The position numbers and the translations under genes were made by a program. A stretch of DNA of 64,000 bases from Flectonema sp. DT1601 (taxonomy: Eukaryota), in contig OZ025802.1 in the NCBI GenBank assembly GCA_964019425.1, positions 930,001-994,000 on the forward strand, given 5' to 3'. Of this stretch, positions 12,001 through 24,000 are shown in pieces; position 1 is the first letter of the stretch; each line of letters opens with the position of its first letter. The notes beneath the pieces are model-generated. The model was not told the origin of the DNA. It saw only the letters and a list, made by a program, of their open reading frames with translations, and did no database searches.

Positions 12001-15000
12001 CTTGCGAAGGCGGCGTCCCTGTTCAAGAACTCGCCTGTCGACCGGACGAAGATCCTCATCATCTTCGCTGACAACGCGATGGACGACAAGAGCGCGTACG
12101 CAACGGCGCAGTCGGAATTGAACCGGCTGCAAGTGAACGTCTTCGGGGCGGTTGTGCGTCCGTACGACGTCCGCGGACCAATCGACACCGGTGCCGAAAG
12201 CGCGTTGACGACGGTGACGTCGAACGTGCAGTCGGAGCACACGGTCAACAAGCAATTGGACGAGTTGGCTGCGGTGCTCGAAGGTTTGTGCGATCCAAGC
12301 ACCCCGTGGGGCAAATACATCGCCAAGAAGGATGGTGGTGGTAGACAGCCGTGCCCGAACCACAAGGACAAGACTGTCTGCAACAAGGACTCCGGATGTG
12401 CTTGGCATGACCAGACCCTGAGCTGTGGTGACACGCCGTGTTTGACCCACTGCGCGGAGGCAAACTGCACTGCGGACACCATCAACACGTGTGTCTGGAA
12501 TTCAACAGTTGGTTGCGAGAAGGAGAAGACTTGCGACCACACCAACCCGGACGACTGCAGAGTCGACGACAAGTGTCAGTACGACGACGTCAGCAAGAGC
12601 TGCGTCGCCAAGAAGTGTGACCACGAGGCGGAGCAGGGTTGCCTTGCGGACCCTGACGTGTGTGTGTGGAACAACCTGAACAAGGTTTGCGGTGAGAAGC
12701 CTTGCAACATCCACGAGGAGCGTGAGTGCAACAATCACATCAACTGCACGTGGAACACGAGTTCGCGGACATGCAACGTCGACAAGTGTCTGTGGACCAG
12801 CGTCGACGAGTGCAACACCGATCCGTACTGCGTGTGGGAAGGTGCAGGTGGTGCGGGAAGTGCTGACCCTTGCGTGCAGAAGAAGTGCACGGAGCACATG
12901 ACGGAGTTGGAGTGCGAGTTGGAAGCAGACTGCGACTGGGACACTTCAATCTCACCGGGGATCTGTCTGGAGACGTACTGCAGACGCTACGGAAACGACA
13001 GCGGGTCGTGTGACTCCGATGGAAAGTGCATGTTCGAGAACTCGACGGATACTTGTGTGGACAAGGATTGTTCGACGTTTGAAGTTTGCAGGTGTCAGAA
13101 GGACCCGGAGTGCTTCTGGTCGGCGGATGCGTCCCCTGCGAGCTGCAAGGCTGCGCAGTTCGGAGAATGTCCACAACTGGACATCGTTGTGATGATTGAC
13201 GGGTCGGACTCGATGAATTTGGTGTTCGGACGTCACCCGTCTGGTTACGTTGGAGTTATCGAGATGTTGCGTTCTTGGGTATCGGGACTTCCGCTTTCTG
13301 GTGAGAAGGCTGGAGTTCCGTCGACGAAGAACGGAAACACCAGGGTCGGGTTTGTTCAATTCGGAGGTCTCGCACAGTTCCCAACGCAGAGCGCGAGGAA
13401 GGCACCTGCGTCTGTGGGATCGGAGGGGCGGTTGAGCGGAGACAAGATGCAGGCTTTGGGGGACCTGTCGTGGCACGCGAGCAACATTGTCGGGGGGGAG
13501 ACGTACATCGCGAGGGGTCTGGACATGGCGGCGGACATGTTCATGGCGTCGCCGAAGGATGGCAGGAAGAGGGTTCTGATCATCCTGAACGACGGAAAGA
13601 TCTTGGACGCGGACTCCCTGACGACACCTCGAAGCAGACTGATCCAAAAGAACGTGTACACGATGGGGGTTGTGATCAGAAGGTTCGATGCGCAGTCACC
13701 TGTGGACATGGATGCCGAGGGAGCTCTGAAGAAGTTGACGTTCGACCCGGTTACGAAGCAACCTGCCGACGATATGATTACGAACGTGGTTTTGGATGAT
13801 TTGATGGCGAAGTTGAACTCCCTGTGCGACCCGACTAAGTTGTGGGGACAGCGCATCGTCGACCGTGTTGGACAGCAGGTCGGTGTGCACCGTCCGTGTG
13901 GAAACTACCAGGACAAGGTGATGTGCGGGAAGGATGCGGGTTGTGTTTGGAGAGACGTGATCGATGCGTGCGTGGACACTCCGTGCACGCTGCACTGCCA
14001 GGAGGGTGAGTGCAACACCGACGTGGCGAACAAGTGTGTGTTCGATTCCAGCAGCCAGGTTTGCTCGAAGACCGACACCTGCGCTGCGCACGACCAGGCG
14101 GCATGCAGCTTGGACGCCGAGTGCAAGTTCAACACGACCTCGAACGGGTGTGAGGAGAAGCCTTGCAAGCACACCAACGAAGGGTCGTGCGTGGCGGACA
14201 AGACGTACGAGTGCGAGTGGGTGCCGAACACCCAGGAGTGCATTGAGAAGCCTTGCGTGCAGCTGACGGACTCGGGGAGCTGCGCGGCGGACGCGCAGTG
14301 CGAGTGGGACTCGGCGTGCGACAAGGATGTGTGCATCAAGAAGGTGTGCCAGCACGTGGCGATGGACCAGTGTGAACTGGACACGCTCTGCGCGTGGGTG
14401 GGGAGCGCGTGCCAGCGCAGGACTTGTGGAAACCTCGTCGACGAGAAGTGCTGCGTTGAGGACGAGCAATGCTTCTGGGACGTGTCTGCCGCACCGGGAG
14501 TTTGCAGAAAGGAGCCGTGTTTGGACTACAGTGCGGATACTTGCAACGACTACAAGAATTGCCTGTACGACAGCGGGTCCTCGAGTTGCCTGCCGAAGGA
14601 CTGCAGCAAACACGACCAGTGCGGTTGTGGAAGTGACGCCGACTGCTTCTGGGTGCAGGCAGTTCAATCGTGTATCCCACAGATCTACGGGCAGTGCCCG
14701 ACGATGGACATCGTTTTGTTGATCGACGGTGGTGTGTCGATGAAGAGCACCTTCGGACGTCATCCGGTTGGGTTCTACGCGTTGACGAACGTTCTCAGGG
14801 ATTGGATGATGACGCTCCCACTGAACGGGGAGTCGGCGAACGTTGGGGTGAACTCGGTTCCGGACACGGAGCAGGCGCGTTTGGCGATCGTGCAGTTTGC
14901 CGGTAGCACTGTGTTCGACAAGCCCGGGAACGACGGACAATTCCGAGTGTCATCAGTTGGTACTGGGGGAAGACTCTCTGGAATGAGATCCGAATTGATG

Positions 15001-18000
15001 GCCGATTTCAAGGACCACGAGGACAACTTCATGGGGGCAAACGCAGCTCTGCAGCCAACTCCAACGAAGACCTACTTGTTGGGTGGTTTGAACAAGGCGG
15101 TCAGCATCTTCAAGACTTCACCGGTTGTTCGGATGAAGGTCTTGATCGTGATCACCGATGACGAACTCGATGACAAGGACATGTACCAGACGGCGCGTGC
15201 TGAGTTGGCGCAGATGAACGTGCAGATCTTCGGAGCGGTCGTGCGTGGATTCGATGCCAGCGGACCATCGGACCAAAATGCCGAGAGCACCCTCCGCAAG
15301 GTGACGACCGAGTCGCAGCTTGAGCACACGGTGAACGTTCAGATTGATGGTTTGGAGGCGGTGTTGAAGAGCATCTGCGACCCATCGCTGAACTGGGGTA
15401 AGGACATTACGAAGTACAAGGTTGTGAAGGAGAGGCAACCTTGCCAGCTGTACCACGACAAGACCAAGTGTAACAAGGACGCTGGGTGCACCTGGTACGA
15501 TGACACCCTGAGCTGTGGAGACTCGCTGTGCCTGACTCACTGCAAGTCGAGCAACTGCACTGCCGACCGGGGGAACCTGTGCGTCTGGAACGCGACGACT
15601 GGATGCGAGAAGGAGAAGGTGTGCGACTTCAGCGCAGCCGAATGCGCGAACCACCCGGAGTGCGGTTTTGACGGGAAGAACTGCGTTGCGAAGACGTGTG
15701 ACCACGAAAACGAACAGGGATGCCTGGCTGATCCAGACACCTGCGTGTGGAACAACTTGCAAAAGTCTTGCGGAGGGGTGCCTTGTGTGTACGACGCGGC
15801 TGACGAGTGCAACAAGGACGTGAACTGCACCTGGAATGCGACGGGACTGAAGTGCGAGGTGGACAGGTGTCGCTGGACGACGAAGGGTGAGTGCGAGTCT
15901 GACGTGTTCTGTGAGTGGAAGAACCGCCGAAACCAGCCGGAGGAGTGTGTGCAGAAGATCTGCGTTGAGCACGCGGACGAAAACTCGTGCAGGAGAGACG
16001 AGAACTGCGAGTGGGACACTTCGATCGCCCCGGGGATCTGTACCGAGACGTACTGCAGGACGATCTGTGGGGACTCTTGTACCTCGACGGAAAGGATTGC
16101 CTGCAATGCCGATGAAAGGTGCATGTCGAGGGACAACAACGGAACGACGAACTGCGTGAACATGAACTGCGACGAGTTGGATGCGTGCGCTTGCCACGGC
16201 GACCTTGCGTGCTTCTACCTGGCGGACGAACAGGCGTGCGTCAACAAGAAGTACGGAGCGTGCCCGACGATGGACATCGTTTTGGTAATCGACGGGTCGG
16301 GTTCGATGAGCAACTCGTTCGGTAGACATCCTCACGGATTCGACGCGATGATCTCTGGGCTTTCTGAGTGGATCGCGACCCTGCCGCTGAGCGGGGAGTC
16401 TGCGAGCGTGGTGAACCCGGCGCCGGACACTCGCAAGATGAGGGTCGGTGTGGTTCAGTTCAGCGGACGAGTTGAGGCGGGTTCGGTTGTCGATGCGGCG
16501 CTGAAGCCACCCGCGGGAGTCGGTTCGAGCGGGAGAATCACGGGAGCTCTGCAGGAGCTGAAGGATGATCTCGAGTGGCACAGCTCCAACTACGCTGCGA
16601 AGGGAACGTACGTCGCGGAAGCTCTTGGGGTGGCGGCGACGATGTTCAAGAACACGCCGGTTGGCGCGAAGAGAGCGGTGATCATCATCACCGATGGGAA
16701 GCTTCAAGACACGCCTGCTGAGATGACGCCGAGAAGGTCGGCTTTGGAGACCCTGGGGGCGCAGGTCTTCGGTATCGTCGTGAGGAGGTTCCCATCGCAG
16801 ACCGACGTGGACAGGGATGCCGAGGCGGCGCTGAGGCCGATCACATCCGCTCCGCAGAGCGATCACTTCGTGAACCTGGACATGGATGACTTGGTTTCCC
16901 AGGACGGTCCGCTGACGAAGTTGTGTGATCCAAATTCCGCATGGGGAAAGAACATCGCTTTGTCGACGGTCGGAGGAGGACTGCACCAGCCGTGTGCGTT
17001 GTACGCGAAGAAGCCAGGTTGCGTTGCGGATGCGGGATGTGCTTGGGGAGACCACACACTGACGTGCTCGGACACCCCGTGCATCCTTCACTGCAACAGC
17101 ACCGCCTGCGACGACGATGTCGAGAATGCGTGCAGGTGGGACGCGGCTACTTCGAGTTGCTACAAGAAGGACGTTTGCAACGAGCCGACCGAGCCGTTGT
17201 GCATCTTGAGCAAGGATGACTGCGAGTGGGTTGACAACAGACAGCCTCCGTGCCAGACTCGTGTCTGCAGCCACACCGACGAGATCGGTTGCCTGGCTGA
17301 CGTTGTGGGTTGCAAGTGGTCTGACATCACGAAGAAGTGTACGGTCGTTCCTTGCCAAGCAACCGTTCAGTCTGAATGCGTTGGAGGCTGTGAGTGGAAC
17401 GCCACCGACGACACCTGCGTTGTGAAGAACTGCCTGTACACCCAGGAACAGGAGTGCAAGGACGACGTTCTCTGCGCGTGGTTCCCTGTCAACAACACCT
17501 GTGCTGAGCGTCCGTGTGCCAAGTACTTGTCTGAGAAGCAGTGTGACGAGCAGCTGCTGTGCAAGTGGGACGTCACGGCGCCACCGGGCAGTTGCCAGAC
17601 TCCGTACTGCTCGAGGTTCAACAAGGAGAAGTGTGATGCCGAGCCGGGATGCATTTACAAGACGGGGCTCGTTGTTCCGGGATACCAATCGCCTGTCGAC
17701 GTTTGTGTCGAGAAGAACTGCCGCGACATTCCGAACCCGTGTGCGTGCCAGGCGGATCCAGAATGCTACTGGGCGATCCACAACGGAGTTGGAGTGTGTG
17801 AGGAAGAGAAGTTCGGTCAGTGTCCAACACTTGACATCGTTTTGGTGTTGGATGGTTCTGGATCGATGTCGCAGTCGTTCGGACGTCATCCTCACGGATT
17901 CTACGCGATGATGGAGATGTTGAAGACTTGGGCCCAGTCGTTGCCGTTGAGCGGAGAAGACGCGACTGTCGGAATCAACTCTGCGTTGACTGGAGCTGTT

Positions 18001-21000
18001 CGTCTCGGAGTTATCCAATTCAGTGGAAACCCAACGATGCTGTCACCTCAGGGAGTAGTGGTCGGGTCGAGCCAGAGGGTTCCACCTGGAGTCGGAACTG
18101 GTGGTCGTCTGTCTGGAGACCTTACCCAGGTGTCGACCGACTTGTTGTGGCAGGAGAACCACTACTTGGCGGAGAGCACTTACATCGAGGAAGCGCTCGT
18201 CGCATCGCTCGACTTGTTCAGCGGATCTCCGCTCGACGGCAGGAAGAAGGTGTTGATAATCATCACTGATGGAGAGCTCAAGGACGCGGACAGGCTGACT
18301 GTTTCCCGTTCAAAGTTGAACCAGGCTGGAGTGATCGTGTTTGGAGCGGTCATCAGAAGGTCGGCTGCGGCCACTCCGACGGATGCTGCTGCCGAGGCGG
18401 CGCTTCTTCCGATTGTGAGCGAACCGAAGGACGGTCACTTTGCGAACTTGATCGTCGATGAGCTGCCGTTGGAGGTTCTGGACACGCTCTGCGACCGCAA
18501 CGGAAGATGGGGTAAGTACGTCGTCGACAACGGAGCTGGAAGGCAGCCTTGCCAGTACTACGAATCGCAGTCACCGTGCAACAGAGACAAGGGATGCGTG
18601 TGGCACGACAGCACATTGTCGTGTGGTAACACCCCTTGCTTCGAGCACTGTGACGAGCAGGTGTGCAATGCCGACACGGTTGAGAAGTGTCAGTGGGACA
18701 ACACGCTCGGGCTGTGCTTCAGAATCCCTGTTTGCGACTTCGACACGGAGCAGCAATGTACTGCGGACCCTTACTGCGCTTGGGATGCGGTCAAGAACTG
18801 CACTGAGATCCCATGCAAGCACGAATCCGAGGACAGTTGTTTGAGTGATCCAAAGGGATGCATCTACGATTCGATCAAGAGAACTTGCTTGCCTGACCCA
18901 TGTAAGGACAAGCCTGAGCTGGCGTGCTCCCTTCTGTCGCCTCAGTGTGTGTGGGACACTGCTGCGCTGGTTTGCAAGAAGGAGGAGTGCAACAACTGCG
19001 GTGTCGACCACCAGTGCTGCAACGACTACGCGAAGATCTGCGAATGGAACTCGACTGTCTCGAGCTGCCAGCAGAAGAAGTGCGTGGAGCACGTTACGGA
19101 GTTGGAATGCGCCAACGACAACGCGTGTGAATGGGAAGGAGCGATCTCACCGGGCCACTGTACCCGTACTTACTGTGACAGGTACTCGAACACCACTGAG
19201 TGTGGACTTGACGACAAGTGCAAGTGGGATTTCGGATCGTGCATCAAGGCTGGATGCACCAAGCACACCGAGTCCGGATCGCATTGTGATTGCAATGCGG
19301 ATGCCGAGTGCTTCTGGCACGACAGCACCTGCGTGGACATCAACTTCGGAGCTTGTCCAACGATGGACATCGTGATCCTCCTTGATGGTTCGACTTCGAT
19401 GGGAGAGGACTTTGGCACCCACCCTCACGGATTCTATGCCGTGTTGGAAATGGTGAACGACTGGATCATTAACCAGCTTCCGTTGGCCAATTCACTGGGT
19501 CGCTACGGAAAGGCACCAAGGTATGCTGAGGGCCTCGCCCGTGTTGGGTTCGTGCAGTTCTCGGGAGACTCGGCGCTTCTCGAACCGAACAAGCCGTTCA
19601 CGCAGTCGGCAATCTTGTCGATCACCGACACCAGAGGAGGACTGACGGGATACACACCGGAGATCACTCGGGACTTGGACTGGCACCAGAAGAACTTTGC
19701 CGGCAAGGGTACGTACATCGCGGAGTCCCTGAAGAAGGCGGCCACGATCTTGTCGACGAACCCGACCAAGAGCGGTAAGAAGTTGGTGATCATCATTTCA
19801 GACGGGAAGTTTGAGGACGATCCAATTTACATCACGAAGGGAGTCGATGCCCTGAAGGCGGTTGACGCTTACGTGTTGGGTGTCGTGGTGAGAAAGTTGA
19901 TAATCCACACGAAGGTCGACCTCGATGCGGAGGCTTCGCTGAAGTCGATCTCCGACTACGTTGCGAACTTCCGTTTGGACGATGTGAAGGATGGACTGTT
20001 CAAGAAGCTGTGCAGCCCTGAGACTGTTTGGGGGAAGCACTTGGTCTCCGTTGACAGCAACTCTCACGTTCCGTGCGGATTCCACGCGATCTCTGACACT
20101 TGCAACAAGGACACCGGATGCGGTTGGGATGATTCTTTGACGATCTGCGTTGACAGTCCTTGTCTGTCAATCTGTGACCAGCCTAGTTGCCTGAAGGCCG
20201 TTGCTGACCAATGCGTGTGGGATGGAAGCGAGAAGACTTGCAACAAGATCAGCGTCTGCGGTCACGGTAGCGAGATTGACTGCAACAACGACCCGTCTTG
20301 TGTGTGGGATGTGACGACTGACAACTGCATCATCACACCGTGTGACCACCACACGGAGGGAGCATGCGACAAGGATCCGGTGGGCTGTGAGTGGGATTCG
20401 AAGAAGGAAAAGTGTTCGACGAAGAAGTGCACGTACACGGGGTCGGCGAACTGCACTGCGGACACCACGTGCATGTGGGACCAGTCGAGTTCGAGTTGCA
20501 CCGTGAAGCTGTGCCAGTACACTTCGTACTCGGCGTGTGACGAAGACACACGTTGTAAATGGAAGAACACGACCAAGACCTGTGAGCAGAAACCTTGCCT
20601 CGAGCACGTCGAGGAATCCGCGTGTGGCGCTGATTCTGAGTGCGAGTGGGACATCAGCGCGTCGCCTGCATTCTGCAAGCCAACCGAGTGTTCGAGATGG
20701 AAGACCGAGACGTCGTGCACCCTCGACACTGGCTGTACTTGGGGAGGACCAGTGTCGTCGTCGAGTTCGTCGTCTTCAGCCAAGCAGTGCGTGAAGAAGA
20801 ACTGTGATGTGTACGGATCGGATTCCTGCAGCTGCAGATCTGACCCCCACTGTTACTGGCAACCTGAATCCAACGAGTGCGTTGGTGTCGACTTCGGTGC
20901 CTGTCCGGGTATGGACATCGTCGTTGGGTTCTCTGGCCACGAAAAGATGATGGAAACGTACGGCAGATACCCGCACGGATACTCTGGTCTGCTGGAGATC

Positions 21001-24000
21001 CTCGCAACGTGGTCGAAGGCTCTTCCGCTCAACAAGGACAGCCACATCGTCGCTGCCGACAAGGCTCTCATGACGGGGATGAGACTCGGGTACATGCAGT
21101 ACAGTCTTTCACCACTGACCGGTGACGAGACTACCGCCGTGCGGGGAGTTGGTGCCGAGGGACAGCTGACGGGGAAGATTGCCGAAGCCCTCGGAGACGT
21201 CGACTACTTCAAGAGCCACCACCTCTCTGGGCACACCAACTTGGTAGGACCTTCGTTGGGTTTGGTACTCAACATGTTCAAGAGATCTCCAGCTGGTAGA
21301 AAGAAGATGTTGATCTTGTTTACGGGTCCTGCCATCGACGATTCCGACAGAGTTGCTGATGTTCGTCGTTCACTTGACAGTCTCGGAGTTCAGGTGTTCA
21401 CGATCGCATTGAGAAAGTCACCGATGAAGACCGCTGAGGAAATCTCCGCTGAGCCGTCGGTCAGCGGACTGGCATCGGTTGACGTGCACGACCACTTTGT
21501 TTCTCTCCAGTTGAGTGAAATTGAGGATCAGTTGGCTGACATGTGCTCACCTTCCTCGGACTGGGGTAAGGCCATCTTGGAATTCAGTGAGAAGCACTCG
21601 AAGAAGACCAATCCAAAGACTCGTTCATGTCCGTACTACCAACTTCCATATGAATGCAAGGCTGACCCTGGATGTATGTGGTCTGAGTCGGTTCTTAACT
21701 GCATCACTTCACCTTGTCTCCTGCATGAGTGCAACGAGGCTGCCTGCAACGCTGATACTGACCACCACTGTAAGTGGGACTCCAGCAGCAAGGCTTGTTT
21801 CAAGGACCCGCCATGTCCGGCCACCACTCCGCAAACTTGCGATGCTGTTGGAGGATGCAAGTGGAACGCCGCCAAGCAGAAGTGTTACGAGAAGCTTTGC
21901 AGCCACACGTCGGAGCCAAGTTGCTTGTACGACCCTGCGGGTTGTGAATGGGACAGTGCGACTGACAAGTGCACTGTGAAGCCGTGCCAGCACACTACCA
22001 ACTCCACCTGTCTCAATGATGAGGAATGCTTGTGGATTGAGGGTCCGTCGTCGTTTATTTGTGAGAAGAAGCATTGCACTGGAAAGTCACCGGCGGTCGT
22101 CTGCGAGGTGGACAAGCGTTGCGAGTGGGACACCTCAAAATTCACCTGTGAATACAAGAAGTGTCAGGGATACTTGGATGAGGTTTCTTGTGACCATGAC
22201 TACCAGTGTCACTGGGACGTTGCGGCATCACCTGCGAAGTGTGACATCAAATACTGTCTGCGTTTTGAGACCGAAGGCACCTGCAACACAGAACCGGAGT
22301 TCCAGTGTGAGTGGAGTTCAAATGACGGAAAGTGTAAGGATAGGAACTGCGATGACCTTACCAAGAACCCGTGCAAGTGTGGCTCTGAACACGGATGCTT
22401 CTGGGACGATGGGTCTTCCACCTGCGTGACTTCCAGTTACGGAGCCTGTCCAACGATGGACATCATTGTGGCTTTCGATGGTTCGGATGCGATTACGGGA
22501 TCATTCGGACGTCATCCAAATGGATTCTACGGTCTGTTGGAAACACTGAGAGACTGGGAGAAGACTCTGCCTCTCAGAACTGTGAAGCTCGGGTTTGTTC
22601 AGTTTGCTGGTCCGAAGTCGGCTCAGAGCTCGATTCCGGGAGTAGGAACGGGAGGTAAGACCAGTGCCAGCAGTAAAGATATTTCTGATGATCTTGATTG
22701 GCACGAGGCTCACAGAATAAAGGGTTCGAGTGAAGCTCACATTGCCGATGCTTTGGATCTCGCTCAGAGGATGTTTGCGTTGAACAAGGATCCAGGACAC
22801 AAGAAGGTCTTACTTGTGATCTCATCTGCTAAGATTGTTGACATCGGTACCAACTTGGTGGAGGCGGAGAAGAAGTTGAAGGGTGATGGTGTGAAGACCT
22901 TTGGAGTAACACTCCGTCCACAAACGGCATTGTTGAAGGATGACCAGGAAGTTCTATCGAGTATGTCATCCATCGTGTATGATTCCAGCTACCTTGTTAA
23001 TGTGAAGCTCGATGATTTGAAGTACAAGGTTCTCCAGTCCCTTTGTGATGCGCATTCGTCGTTTGGAAAGAAGATCACGAGCCTCACCGTGGCGAAGCCT
23101 GAGAACCCGTGCCATACATACCTGGAGAAGTTGCGTTGCAACGTCGACATCGCTTGCAGATGGAATGCCGAACAGGCGCAGTGCGCTGACTCTGCTTGCC
23201 TGAGTCACTGCTCGGAGCTCACCTGTGTCAACGACTACAGCAGTCTGTGCAAATGGGACGCGGGGAGAAACATGTGCTACAAGCAGAGGTTGTGCAACCA
23301 CGAGTCGCTTGTTTCGTGCAGCAAGGATCCTGGTTGTAAGTGGGTGTCTTCCTCTGGGGATTCACCGATGTGTGTGGAGAAGTCTTGCCAGTACGACAAC
23401 GAGGACGGTTGCAATGACGACAAGGAGGGATGCGAGTGGCACGGTACCGACGAGCATTGCTACCCAAGAGAATGTACTTACACGTCGAAGGGTGCGTGTA
23501 GCAAGGATCCACACTGTGCTTGGGACAGTTTGTTGGAAGACGAGAAGGTTCCTTGGAAGGCGTGCATTGAGGTGCCTTGCGTGACGACGACTGACTTCGT
23601 GAAGTGTATTTCGGACTACAGGTGCAAGTTCAACCCAGCTGCCACTCAACAGTGCGAGAGGAGGCAGTGCGTCGACCACCCTGATGAGGTTGAGTGTGGT
23701 GAATATCCAAACTGCTACTGGAACACCAAGGCGTCACCGGTGTCGTGTTCCTTGAAGAAGTGCCCTGCTTACGAAGATGACCAGGCGGGATGTCAGGGAG
23801 ACGATGAGTGCTTGTGGGTGAACAGCAAGTGTGTTGAGAAGATCTGCAAGTTGATGGACAGGTGCGACTGTTCCAAAGAGAAGGGATGCTTCTGGGACAC
23901 CCGTAATGCTGGAGGTGCCGTGGTTGCACATGGCGCTGACACGGATGGAAGATGTGTCGAAACCGAGTTCGGAGGTTGCCCAGAGATGGATGTGGTGGTA

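Larger units (their letters stand above)
1..20115 (+). repeat. Tandem duplication, copy 1 of the overlap visible in the window
   Basis: Matches 43,886-64,000 at a constant offset of 43,885; shadow ORFs recur at that offset, so no net indels. Confidence 0.98.

Noticed and set aside
15118..18018. 966-aa minus-strand ORF (also 59,003-61,903) and other long antisense ORFs such as 8,539-10,140 and 13,696-14,940
   Set aside because: They are antisense shadows of the GC-rich sense frame: Arg/Val/Leu/His-rich with no recognisable motifs.
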